A stretch of DNA of 64,000 nt. Origin: Thermoplasmatota archaeon. GTDB lineage: Archaea; Thermoplasmatota; E2; JACPAO01; JAHFTW01. The stretch covers positions 115,353 through 179,352 of the forward strand of contig JBFIHX010000006.1 in assembly GCA_041601615.1 (NCBI GenBank), written 5' to 3'. The notes under the pieces were generated by a model. The model was not told where the DNA came from and searched no databases. It saw only the letters and a list, made by a program, of their open reading frames with translations. Position numbers and translations under genes: made by a program. This document shows, piece after piece, positions 19,392-28,623 of this stretch; position 1 is the stretch's first letter, and each line of letters opens with the position of its first letter.

Positions 19392-20087
19392 GTGGCCGGG
19401 CCGACCGAGTATGCGTTCAAGATCCGCAGCGTGGACAACCTCCTCTGTCGCTTCACCCAGGACGATCCGCGCGTCCGCATCATCCTGAACCTGCTGCGAA
19501 GCGGTGCGCACGAACCGGTCGAGAAGGCGATCGTGACGATCCTCGCCGACGCCCGGACCCGCCAACGCTTCCTGACGGGCGAGTTTGCCCGCAAGTACGG
19601 CACCTTCGAGTTGCTGTCCGAGAGCGAGGACTACGCCAGCGTCGAGATCAGCACGGCGGTCCTCAGCTACTACCAACAGCACGACCCGATCCAGTTGACG
19701 ATCCAGATGCTCGGCCCCGAGACGGTCTTCCAGCCCGTGCTCGTCCAGGACGGCTACATCCACATCACCGTGATGAGCCCGAACCCGGACGGCCTTGCCG
19801 CCTTCAACCAGTTCACCCAGCACATGCGCCGCGTCGTGCCTGCCGACGACTTCAAGCTCCTGCACGTGGGCGAGTACCAGCCGGACCTGCGCCTCAAGGG
19901 CCGCGCCAAGGCGATCACCCCGCGCCAAGAAGAGGTCGTCAAAATGGCGATCGCCATGGGCTACTACAACGACACCCGGCAATGCAATCTCGAAGACCTA
20001 GCCCAGGCGTTCGGAATCAGCAAAGCGGCTGTCCACAAGCGGCTGCAAATGGCAGAAAACAGCCTCATCCGGGGCCAATTCGAGTGA
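19392..20087 (+). CDS. Bat/HTH_10-family transcriptional regulator
   Basis: C-terminal ITPRQEEVVKMAIAMGYYNDTRQCNLEDLAQAFGISKAAVHKRLQMAE; GTG start inferred. Confidence 0.85.
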   Translation: MAGPTEYAFKIRSVDNLLCRFTQDDPRVRIILNLLRSGAHEPVEKAIVTILADARTRQRFLTGEFARKYGTFELLSESEDYASVEISTAVLSYYQQHDPIQLTIQMLGPETVFQPVLVQDGYIHITVMSPNPDGLAAFNQFTQHMRRVVPADDFKLLHVGEYQPDLRLKGRAKAITPRQEEVVKMAIAMGYYNDTRQCNLEDLAQAFGISKAAVHKRLQMAENSLIRGQFE

Positions 20088-20701
20088 CCCTCTCGGTGCA
20101 GGGAGTCCATCGCAGTTTCGGCCGCCGCCCTGTGCTCCACGACATCAACATCCAAGTTCCGGCCGGCGCCCGCATCGGCCTGCTCGGCACCAACGGCTCC
20201 GGTAAAACCACGCTCCTGCGCCTGCTTGCCGGAACCCTTCGACCCACCCAAGGCACCATCCAGCACAACGGCCACGACACCCAAACTCCAATGGGCCGGC
20301 AAGGCATGGCGTTCGTCGCCCAAGACGCGCCTGTGTACCCCGAACTCACCGTCCTCGAACACGTGCAATGGTGGAGCCGCGTCCACGGCTACCCCGCGGA
20401 TGCACCCGCCTTCGAATCACTCCTAGACGAGGCAGGCTTGCACCGACATGCGCACGCAAGTGCAGCCAGCCTCAGCCGAGGCCAACGCCAACGACTCGCC
20501 CTCTGCATGGCCCTCGCAGCCCGCCCAAGCCTCCTGCTGCTGGACGAACCGACCACTGCACTCGACGCGGACGGCCGCACCTGGCTCATCCGGCGCCTGC
20601 AAGACACCGAAGCCTCTCTCGTGGTCGCCACGCACGAAGAAGACCTCATCCAAGCGCTCGGGTTGACTGCGCACCGCCTCGAAGGAGGTCGACTTCTGTG
20701 A
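20084..20701 (+). CDS. ccmA: Heme exporter ATP-binding protein
   Basis: GTNGSGKTT, LSRGQRQR, LLLLDEPTTALD; short ABC ATPase ahead of ccmB/C. Confidence 0.85.
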   Translation: MTLSVQGVHRSFGRRPVLHDINIQVPAGARIGLLGTNGSGKTTLLRLLAGTLRPTQGTIQHNGHDTQTPMGRQGMAFVAQDAPVYPELTVLEHVQWWSRVHGYPADAPAFESLLDEAGLHRHAHASAASLSRGQRQRLALCMALAARPSLLLLDEPTTALDADGRTWLIRRLQDTEASLVVATHEEDLIQALGLTAHRLEGGRLL

Positions 20702-21342
20702 GCTTCCGCGCCATGCTCTGGAAGGACGTGCGACGAGAACTGCGCGGCAAAGAAAGCCTCCAAGCCGGCGCCGTGCTCGTAGGGTTGCTGTTTCTGCTGT
20801 ACCTGTTTGCCCTCACAGACCTCCAAACGCCCCGACTCGCGGCCATCGCAATCTGGACGCCCATCCTGTACGGAACCGCCGCACTAAGCGGTCGCGGCAT
20901 GGCAACCGAAGTGCAACGGGGCACCCTCGATTTGCTGCGCTCCGCCCCCGTCCCGACCGCATGGCACGGCTGGAGCCGCACACTCGTCAACCTCGTCCTC
21001 ACCGCCATCCTGGCCGCATTCACGCTTCTGCTCGGCGCCGTCGGATTCCTGCTGCCCTTGTCGCCGGCCCTTTGGCTCGTAGTTGCCCTCGCCGCCATCG
21101 GTCTCAGTGTCGCAGGCAGCCTTGCAGGAGCCCTCGCCGCCCAAGCGCGCGCCAGCGAGGTTCTGATGCCCATCCTGCTCGTCCCCGTCGCAGCACCCCT
21201 CGTGCAAGCCGGCGTCGTGGCAACGTTTGCGGCCCTCGCCGGCGAAATCGACCGACCCGCCGTGCTCTTGATGGCCGGCTACGACATCATCATCTTCGGA
21301 GTCGCGTGGCTCCTGTGGCCCTTTGCATTGGACACGGATTGA
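20698..21342 (+). CDS. ccmB: Heme exporter permease
   Basis: WKDVRRELR, E...GTLDLL, VLMPILLVPVAAP motifs; multi-TM. Confidence 0.9.
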   Translation: MSFRAMLWKDVRRELRGKESLQAGAVLVGLLFLLYLFALTDLQTPRLAAIAIWTPILYGTAALSGRGMATEVQRGTLDLLRSAPVPTAWHGWSRTLVNLVLTAILAAFTLLLGAVGFLLPLSPALWLVVALAAIGLSVAGSLAGALAAQARASEVLMPILLVPVAAPLVQAGVVATFAALAGEIDRPAVLLMAGYDIIIFGVAWLLWPFALDTD

Positions 21343-21413
21343 CAAAGCCGAGGAATGCACATGTCGTCGCTCTGTCCACAACCCCCAAGAACCCGCCCGC
21401 CTGGAGGACTCCT

Positions 21414-22148
21414 GTGAAGCCGTCCACGGGGGACCGCGTGCGCCAATGGAGCCTGTACGGCTTCCTGGCCAGCGGCGCCGTGCTCTTGTGGATGACCTGG
21501 TTTGGAACCCCCGACTGGAGCTACCAACCCGAAGTCACGGCACCCTTGACTCGGAAGATCTTGTTCTACCATCCAGCCAGCGCCTGGGCAAGCTTTGCTG
21601 CCTACTTCGTCGTCTTCGCCCTCAGTGTTGCCTACCTCAACGAACGCCGACTGCGATACGACACCGCCGCCCGCGCCGCCGCCGAAGTGGGATTCGGCTT
21701 CAACACCATCGCGCTCATCACCGGCACCCTCTGGGGCGTGCAAGAATGGAGCCGCACCGGACAAAGCAGCCTCGCCACCGTCTACTCAGAGCCCAAAGTG
21801 CTCGTCGTGATCGTCATGTGGTTCACCTTCGCCGCCTACCTGCTGCTTCGCCGCTTCGTCGAATCCCCCGAAGCCCGCGCCCGCCTCTCCGCGGTCTTCG
21901 GCGTCCTCGGCTTCATCACCGTCCCCCTCAGCTTTGCCACGAGCCGCCTCCTGCAAACCAGCCTGCACCCCGACATCGGTGGCCCCGGCAAAAATCCCGA
22001 CGCCGCCGTCGGCGACACCACCGGCCTCGCCATCGCATGGAGCATGCTGGTCTTCCTGCTGCTGTTCGTGCACCTCTGGCTCCAACGCCACCGCATCCTC
22101 AAAATCCAAGACCAAATCCTCGACTTGGAGGCAAACCATGGTCAATGA
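21414..22148 (+). CDS. ccmC: Heme exporter / cytochrome c assembly protein
   Basis: ILFYHPASAW, ALITGTLWG, EPK, SLHP; GGAGGA before GTG 21414. Confidence 0.9.
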   Translation: MKPSTGDRVRQWSLYGFLASGAVLLWMTWFGTPDWSYQPEVTAPLTRKILFYHPASAWASFAAYFVVFALSVAYLNERRLRYDTAARAAAEVGFGFNTIALITGTLWGVQEWSRTGQSSLATVYSEPKVLVVIVMWFTFAAYLLLRRFVESPEARARLSAVFGVLGFITVPLSFATSRLLQTSLHPDIGGPGKNPDAAVGDTTGLAIAWSMLVFLLLFVHLWLQRHRILKIQDQILDLEANHGQ

Positions 22149-22314
22149 CGCCACCACCTTCTTTCTGAGCTTCGCCACCGTCTTTGGCGGCCTCGGCTGG
22201 TACCTCCTGCGCCTCGAACAACACGTCAAGGCCCTCGAAGCACGCATCCGCGACGCACTGCCCGCCACCGCCGCCCCCACCGCGAACGCCACCCAAACCG
22301 AGGATCGCGCATGA
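22138..22314 (+). CDS. ccmD: CcmD-like small membrane protein
   Basis: 58 aa, N-terminal TM then coiled coil, between ccmC and ccmE. Confidence 0.65.
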   Translation: MVNDATTFFLSFATVFGGLGWYLLRLEQHVKALEARIRDALPATAAPTANATQTEDRA

Positions 22315-22994
22315 ACCTCCGCACCCAAGCCATCATCGGCGCCGTCGTCATCGCCCTCGGCGTCGGCGTCGTTGCCCTCGGCTTCGTCGACCAAGACGCC
22401 AACGTGCGCCAAGTCTCCGAAGTGCTCGCCAACCCCAGCGCCCACGCCAGCGGCACCTACACCCTCGTCGGCATCCCCCAGCCCAAAATCCTCACCACCT
22501 TCGCCAATGGCGGCAGCACCGTCGAACAAGCCAACGCCGCCTACCAGAACCACACCACCCGCACCACGTCCTGGAACGAAGGCGAAACACGCTACTTCAG
22601 CACCCACACCCTCACCGTCCAAGGCCCCGGCCCCGACGGCACAAGCCACTGGAGCCTGCAAAACCGCACAACCCTCCCCGGCAGCCTCGAACCCGCCAAG
22701 CCCACCACATGGACCAATTGGACCCTCGAAGGCCCCCACAAGGTGTTTCTGATCCAAGGATTCCCCGACGAAAACGGCGACTCCCCGCTCCTGTTCGGCG
22801 TCTACAAAGGCGTCCTTCGCGAACCACTCCAACCCAAACCAAGCCAATTCGAAGGCCGCATCGCCACCACCCTCCCCAGCGGCGCCGACCTCCCCGCCGG
22901 CGCACTCGTATTCATGGTGGAAGAATACACAGCAGGATGCAGCAGCAAATTCATTCCGGAAGAGCATCGGGAAGAATACGCTGGCGACCCGTGA
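22311..22994 (+). CDS. ccmE: CcmE-like heme chaperone (Cys-type, CSSKF motif)
   Basis: N-terminal TM, VSEV, VYKG...EG...F...AGCSSKF; operon position. Confidence 0.75.
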   Translation: MNLRTQAIIGAVVIALGVGVVALGFVDQDANVRQVSEVLANPSAHASGTYTLVGIPQPKILTTFANGGSTVEQANAAYQNHTTRTTSWNEGETRYFSTHTLTVQGPGPDGTSHWSLQNRTTLPGSLEPAKPTTWTNWTLEGPHKVFLIQGFPDENGDSPLLFGVYKGVLREPLQPKPSQFEGRIATTLPSGADLPAGALVFMVEEYTAGCSSKFIPEEHREEYAGDP

Positions 22995-23047
22995 CAAACG
23001 CGCACCACACACCCAGTTTTTTCAATGCCCCCCGGCTCGCGCGGCCC

Positions 23048-23950
23048 ATGAACCCCCGGATCGCCGTGCTGCTTTTGCTCGCACTGGCACTCGCGCCTGC
23101 CGCCCACGCCCAGGATGATTTCGCCGTCAGCAACGACAGCACCGTTCGCATCGCCGTGGGAGATGTACCCCGCACGAACGCAACCGAGCCGGAAGGCGCG
23201 TTGAACGTCATCGAATACCTGCGCCTCGACCACGACGGAAACAACACCGAAGTCACCTACGACTTGACCTCCGGAAACATCCTGACCGCCACGTGTGACT
23301 GTGGCAGCGCCAGCCGTGCGGGCAATGTCATCACCGTCGGCAACGACGTACCCGCTGGCCGCATCGTCATCGTTCTTGGCCACAGCCACCCGTTCACCGA
23401 CGCCGCCATCGTTCCATTGGCCCTGCCGCACGACAACAGCGACGCCAGTGTAACGTTCTACCTCGCTCCCTCGTTCGGCGTGGACAGCAGCGCCAAGCCC
23501 GCCGCGACGCTCCCCGGTGCCGAATTCGACGGCACCGTAACCCAGTACACCACCACCAACGCTTGGTTTGCCGTTCGCGCCGCAAGCGCTGGCGCCTACG
23601 TCGCCCCTGAGATCGTCACCAAGGAAGTGCCCGTGGGCAACAGCATCAACTTCCCTAGCATCCTCATCGGCCTCGTTGCCGGCATCGCAATCTGGTACGT
23701 CCTTGTCCAGCAAGGCAAGGTGCAGAAGCAACGCAAGCAAGAAGTGACCGTGGCCGCGCACAAGGAAGTCGCCTCCAAGGCCCCGAAGGCCGTGCTCGAA
23801 GGACGCAAGCGCCTCCTCATGACCGCCCTCAAGGACCTAGAAATGGCCCGCATGAACAAAGAAATCGCCGACGACGCCTACGATGTGTTGAAGGCGGACT
23901 TCAAGAAGCAGGCCGTCACCACCATGCGCGCTCTCGAAGAGAGTTCGTAG
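23048..23950 (+). CDS. Secreted/membrane protein with C-terminal CcmI/CycH-like helical motif
   Basis: Signal peptide, TM, then ALKDLEMARMNKEIADDAYDVLKADFKKQA. Confidence 0.6.
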   Translation: MNPRIAVLLLLALALAPAAHAQDDFAVSNDSTVRIAVGDVPRTNATEPEGALNVIEYLRLDHDGNNTEVTYDLTSGNILTATCDCGSASRAGNVITVGNDVPAGRIVIVLGHSHPFTDAAIVPLALPHDNSDASVTFYLAPSFGVDSSAKPAATLPGAEFDGTVTQYTTTNAWFAVRAASAGAYVAPEIVTKEVPVGNSINFPSILIGLVAGIAIWYVLVQQGKVQKQRKQEVTVAAHKEVASKAPKAVLEGRKRLLMTALKDLEMARMNKEIADDAYDVLKADFKKQAVTTMRALEESS

Positions 23951-24279
23951 GTTTTTGCCGCCGAACGGCCCTGAAAGGGACCGAGACAGGCCATTACCAC
24001 CATGCAGGCTGTGGAATCAGCCGCGTACTTCCTCGGTGACCAGCGCCCTGGCACCAAGCACGGACAGCCGTTCTGGCACGGGCTCTGCACGCAGAGACCC
24101 GTCGAAGCCCGGCCCTGCGTCGTCACGGGAGCCGATGGGTTCAGGGCCAATCTCACCTCCTCTCTCCCTGAACCCGTCCAGGGGGCCTTAGGCTTGGCTG
24201 ACTAGCGAATCGTGGATGGCAATCAGCACGCCCACCACGCAAAAAGGGGCAAGCCACAAGGAGAAAGGGAGAAAAAGAG

Positions 24280-24364
24280 CGCCGAGGGGGAGATTTGAAC
24301 TCCCGTGGGTTGAACACCCACGAGCTTTCCAGGCTCGCGCCATACCGGACTAGACGACCTCGGC
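24280..24364 (-). tRNA. tRNA-Ser(GGA)
   Basis: Reverse strand: GCCGAGG/CCTCGGC acceptor, CGAGC-CTGGAAA-GCTCG anticodon arm, long variable arm, GGGAG-TTCAAAT-CTCCC. Confidence 0.95.
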
Positions 24365-24412
24365 AAGTGGACCCGACCAAGGCCGGGTAGAGGTCGGGCG
24401 ACAATGGCCTCG

Positions 24413-24419
24413 TATTTAA
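24413..24419 (+). promoter_or_regulatory. TATA box of plsC-like gene
   Basis: TATTTAA 23-29 nt upstream of GTG 24442 (leaderless-type spacing). Confidence 0.55.
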
Positions 24420-24441
24420 TCCATCAGGGATTGGCGCGGCC

Positions 24442-25116
24442 GTGGCTTGGCTGTGGAGGGTCATCGCGCCGTGGGGCGTACCTTTGCTGAAGATGCGCTT
24501 GCGAACGACAACGACGGGCGTGGAGCATATTCCCCGCAAGGGCGCTGCGATCATCGCAAGCAACCACTTGTCGGCATTGGATCATGTGGTGTTGCCGGCG
24601 GTCACGCGCCGTGTCATCTACAACATAGGCAAAAAAGAGCACTTTGAGAAGAAATTCAAGGGCTGGTTCATGCGCAACGTGGGCGTCATTCCATTGGACC
24701 GAGGCGCCGGCGACCAAGGTGCCCTGGAACAAGCAAAAGAAGTGCTTGCACGCGGAGACTTATTCTGCATTTACCCGGAGGGAACGCGCAGCCTAGATGG
24801 TCGGCTCTACAAGGGACGCACGGGAGTTGCGCGCCTTGCCCTGGAAATGCGTGTGCCGGTGATTCCGGTGGCGATGGTGGGGACGTTTGAAGCCAAACCG
24901 AAGGGCCACAAGGGCATCGCCAAGGGCGTGGACACTTACGCCGTCGTGGGCGAGCCCCTGGATTTTGAGCGCTACTGGGGCATGCACGGAGACCGCGACG
25001 TGTGCCGCGAGGTTACGGACATCGTCATGGAGGCAATTCGGGAGTTGTCTGGCCAAGAGTACGTGTACGAATACGCGCCGAATCCGGTGTACGACGCCAA
25101 ACGCCAGGATTCCTAG
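24442..25116 (+). CDS. plsC: Lysophospholipid acyltransferase (PlsC family)
   Basis: NHLSALD (HX4D), IPLDR, IYPEGTRS motifs. Confidence 0.9.
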   Translation: MAWLWRVIAPWGVPLLKMRLRTTTTGVEHIPRKGAAIIASNHLSALDHVVLPAVTRRVIYNIGKKEHFEKKFKGWFMRNVGVIPLDRGAGDQGALEQAKEVLARGDLFCIYPEGTRSLDGRLYKGRTGVARLALEMRVPVIPVAMVGTFEAKPKGHKGIAKGVDTYAVVGEPLDFERYWGMHGDRDVCREVTDIVMEAIRELSGQEYVYEYAPNPVYDAKRQDS

Positions 25117-25228
25117 GCCCTAGCACGCGCGCGGGCGCAACCGCTCGGCTGACGTGCCCATTGCACCCATTGCATGGACTCAGCGCATCGATTGCGAAGA
25201 CTTGCGCCCTGCCAATTGGGTACCGCAT

Positions 25229-28200
25229 TCACTGATCCACCTGGAAGCCGAATCGTAGGGCGTCCGCCGCGGGCAGGCCTGCATGTGTGTCTTGGAGGGT
25301 TTGAACGTGGGGCGCCATCTCTCCCGTGGGGTCGTGGTGCCAGCGTACGCCGCACAGATCATGCAAACTTGACCAGAGGGCAACGGCGCCGCACGGACCT
25401 TCATCCATGACGGGCTGAAGCATGCGTTGACGGTAGGGCGTGAACGGTTCGTTGCCTTTGCCGTAGATGCTCACGTCGGTTCCGGTGCCGCCTTCATTGT
25501 CTTGGTAGGTGTCCCCGTTGCCGCCGCCGTCGAAGAGGAGTCCGACTTGCGCGGCCGAATCACAGGGAACCGGAGCGTACAGGGCGGCAAAGAAGCTCTC
25601 GGCTGCAGGGAACGTGGATTCGAGCAATCCCTTTTGGGGGCAGTGCTCGCCGGCGCTGGCGCCTCCATTGGCTCCTTGGCTTGTCGCGATGTAGGTATCA
25701 GTGCCTGCAAGGTCCAGCAAGGCGCCGGTTCCGAACATGTGGGCGCCGCCGTTGCTGCCTTGGGCTTGTGCGTTGTACACGTCGTTGCCGGAGCGATCGA
25801 GCAAGAGGCCGTTGCCGGCGCCTTTGCCGCCTCCGTTGACGCCTTCGCTGCCTGCTTCGTACAAATCATTGCCACCTGCATCCACTAGGAAGCCTTGGCC
25901 GTGGAAGCCGCCGCCGCCGTTGGTGCCGTGGGATCCGGCTCGGTATTCGTCTCGCTCGGTGCCGTCGTCAATGAGCGTGCCGATGCCGAATTGGTACCCG
26001 CCGCCGTTGACGCCGCGATCGCCGGCTGTGTATTGATCGAAGCCTTGGCCGTCGTAGAGGAATCCTTTGGGTGCGGCCGAAAAGCGGGGAACGAAGGTCA
26101 CGCCCTCCACATAGCCGCCGCCATGAACTCCTTTCTGGCCAGCGGCATAGGTGTCGTCGCCTTGGGCGTCGTAGAGGAAGCCGGAGGTGCCGTGCACCCA
26201 TCCAATGGCATCCACGTTGGGTCCGAAGGTGTCCAGGGCTTCCATGTATGCGCCGCCGGCTGCCCCTTCGCCGTCGCCTTCGTATCGGTCGTCGCCTTGG
26301 CCGTCGTACAGGAAGCCGTGTCCACCGGAGTAGGCGCCGCCGTGGATGCCCCAGCGGTGCGGAAAGACCGTAAAGTTGGATGGCACCATGTGGTCGTGGA
26401 CGAGGCGTTCGTAGCGGTCGTTTGTGGGGCCGTCGCTGATGAGGAAGCCGAGGCCCCCTAGGAATCCTCCGCCGTTGATGCCGCGCCTTTGGCCCAGGAA
26501 CGATTGGGTGCCGGTTGCGCCGTCTTCGTCGTCGGTGTCGATGAGGAGGCCGACGCCGAAGCGACTGCCGCCGCCGTTGCCGCCGTTTCGGTAGGTTTCG
26601 TAGTGGTCAATGCCCCCTAGGTCAATGAGCGCGCCTACGCCATTGGAGTCGCCGCCGCCGTTGCCGCCGAGTGTGAGGCCGTCGGTGGTGGCGCGGAATT
26701 CGCCATTGGGTTGCGTGCCTAGGTTTTCGAGGCTGTATCCGTAGGCGTTGTAGAAGTCGTTGCCGCCCGCGTCGATGAGGAGTCCCGTGGCGCCTCGTCC
26801 AAAGCCGCCGCCGTTGGTGCCGCCGCCGTCGCTGCCGTATTCGTCGTTGCCTCCTCCGTCGTAGAGGAAGCCTCGTGTGTCTGCACCTGCGTGGTTGAGG
26901 CAGCCGGGGTCGCTGCCGGGGTTGTTGCCGGTGCGCAGGAATTCGACCGTGTCCGTGGCAGTGTTGACGGGGACACAGCTTGCGGCTCCGCCGTTCATGC
27001 CGAGGCCCAGGTCGCCCTGGAAGTTGTCCTCGGGGGAGTATCGGGTGTCGCCGCGGGTGTTGATGAGCATGGCTGCGCCTCCGAGCATTGCGCCGCCGTT
27101 GACGCCGTATACGTGCCCGGAGCCGTGCGCGCGCACCAATTCGTGGCCGGGAGCACCTGTTTCGGGGTCGTCGGCATCCAAGAGAAGTCCGAGGCCGGGC
27201 CCGAAGGTTCCGCCGTTGACGCCTCGGTGTTGGGCGCTGTATTGGTCGGTGCCGTCGCCATCCACGAGCATACCGCTGCCAAGGATGGCGCCGCCGTTGA
27301 TGCCGCAACTGCGCACGCCGAGGCCGGTTTGGCTGCTGATTGTGTTCATGTATCGGTCGTCGCCCCGTGCATCATAGGCAAGCGCGCTCTTGGAGGCCGT
27401 TTGCTTTTCCATGGCAAGGCATAGAACGCGCACTTCCTGCCCCATCACGGCTGCAATTCCATTGGCGCCGCCGGCGTTGTTGAGGTACAGGTCGTTGCCG
27501 GCGAGGTCGAGGCTGAGAATGTTGTCGCCGCGGTACTGATCGTCGCCGCCCAGATCAATGATGGCAAAACGCACGCCCCGCCAGTCGTTGTCGCAGCCCA
27601 CCACATCGATGCCAAACAAAGGCACGAGGGGCGGCGCGGGGTCCTTGGGAACATTCTCGCAGGCCGCCGAGGCGGAGATGCTTAGGGGTGCTTGTTGCAG
27701 TACAGCAAGGGCATCCAGAAGGCGCAGGCGTGCGTCGCGCAAGGCTGCAAGGTCGGGCAATTCGGGCATCACCCCTGAGGGGTCGATGAGGAACGTGGTC
27801 CATGCGGCCGCTACGGAGTCGGGAAAGGTCGCCAAGGCGATTTGGTGCAATTCCACATAGCGCAAGAGGACATCCGCCAGCGGTTGGCGCAGGGCAGGCT
27901 CAAGGCGATCAAGCGCACGCAAGCCCTCCAAGTCGGCAAGGCTCGGCAATACGCCGGCCAATGTTGCCCATTCGAGGAGGATTTGGCTGGGAAGCAGTTG
28001 GGTTTGAACCAATGGGGCTTGGTCCTGTCCTTCCGCTAGTCGGACAATGCGAATCGCGGACGCCAAATCTCCGTTGCCTTGCTCAGCCGCGATGTTTTGG
28101 ATGGTGGGGAGGCGGGCACGGGCAACTTCCAGTGCTTCGGTGCTCTCGGCATTCTCCATGGCTGCGGCCGCCACTGCGAAGGCACGAGCGCCAATCCAGG

Positions 28201-28459
28201 GTGGTGACGTTGATTCGAGTTGCTGCAAGTTTCGGGCAAGCCGGATCGAATCATTTCGGATTTCGTCGCCGCCTGGCCCAGCATATTGCTTCAGTAGAAT
28301 GTGCGCCAATGTGATGGCATCTGCACTTGGTTCGGCCTCTACGGCTTCTTGGAACATCCGTGCTCGCTCCACTGGACTCGCTGGTTGAACGGCCGTCCCG
28401 AAGGCCGGAGTGATAGACAGCAGTATGGTTGCTAAGATGATCGTTGCGCCGAAATTCAT
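25229..28459 (-). CDS. Large secreted Gly/Asp-repeat protein (putative Ca-binding beta-solenoid)
   Basis: Signal peptide, helical N-terminal third, about 17 repeats of GxNGGx..GxGxLxDxxGxDxY. Confidence 0.8.
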   Translation of the reverse strand: MNFGATIILATILLSITPAFGTAVQPASPVERARMFQEAVEAEPSADAITLAHILLKQYAGPGGDEIRNDSIRLARNLQQLESTSPPWIGARAFAVAAAAMENAESTEALEVARARLPTIQNIAAEQGNGDLASAIRIVRLAEGQDQAPLVQTQLLPSQILLEWATLAGVLPSLADLEGLRALDRLEPALRQPLADVLLRYVELHQIALATFPDSVAAAWTTFLIDPSGVMPELPDLAALRDARLRLLDALAVLQQAPLSISASAACENVPKDPAPPLVPLFGIDVVGCDNDWRGVRFAIIDLGGDDQYRGDNILSLDLAGNDLYLNNAGGANGIAAVMGQEVRVLCLAMEKQTASKSALAYDARGDDRYMNTISSQTGLGVRSCGINGGAILGSGMLVDGDGTDQYSAQHRGVNGGTFGPGLGLLLDADDPETGAPGHELVRAHGSGHVYGVNGGAMLGGAAMLINTRGDTRYSPEDNFQGDLGLGMNGGAASCVPVNTATDTVEFLRTGNNPGSDPGCLNHAGADTRGFLYDGGGNDEYGSDGGGTNGGGFGRGATGLLIDAGGNDFYNAYGYSLENLGTQPNGEFRATTDGLTLGGNGGGDSNGVGALIDLGGIDHYETYRNGGNGGGSRFGVGLLIDTDDEDGATGTQSFLGQRRGINGGGFLGGLGFLISDGPTNDRYERLVHDHMVPSNFTVFPHRWGIHGGAYSGGHGFLYDGQGDDRYEGDGEGAAGGAYMEALDTFGPNVDAIGWVHGTSGFLYDAQGDDTYAAGQKGVHGGGYVEGVTFVPRFSAAPKGFLYDGQGFDQYTAGDRGVNGGGYQFGIGTLIDDGTERDEYRAGSHGTNGGGGFHGQGFLVDAGGNDLYEAGSEGVNGGGKGAGNGLLLDRSGNDVYNAQAQGSNGGAHMFGTGALLDLAGTDTYIATSQGANGGASAGEHCPQKGLLESTFPAAESFFAALYAPVPCDSAAQVGLLFDGGGNGDTYQDNEGGTGTDVSIYGKGNEPFTPYRQRMLQPVMDEGPCGAVALWSSLHDLCGVRWHHDPTGEMAPHVQTLQDTHAGLPAADALRFGFQVDQ

Positions 28460-28623
28460 GAGATACCAAATCGCCCATTGGTTGTTAATTATATAATTGA
28501 ATGCGTAGTTCATTGCACCTATTGGTAAAGCAAATGATATTGACTTTTCTGGAGTTTTGCAAACCCGTCCGCCCCTCTCGTTCCAACCCATCCTCTTATG
28601 GCCCGCCTACCGGTCGCGCCAGC

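Noticed and set aside
24002-24205. 67-aa ORF before tRNA-Ser
   Set aside because: No recognisable motif; may be a remnant, support insufficient.
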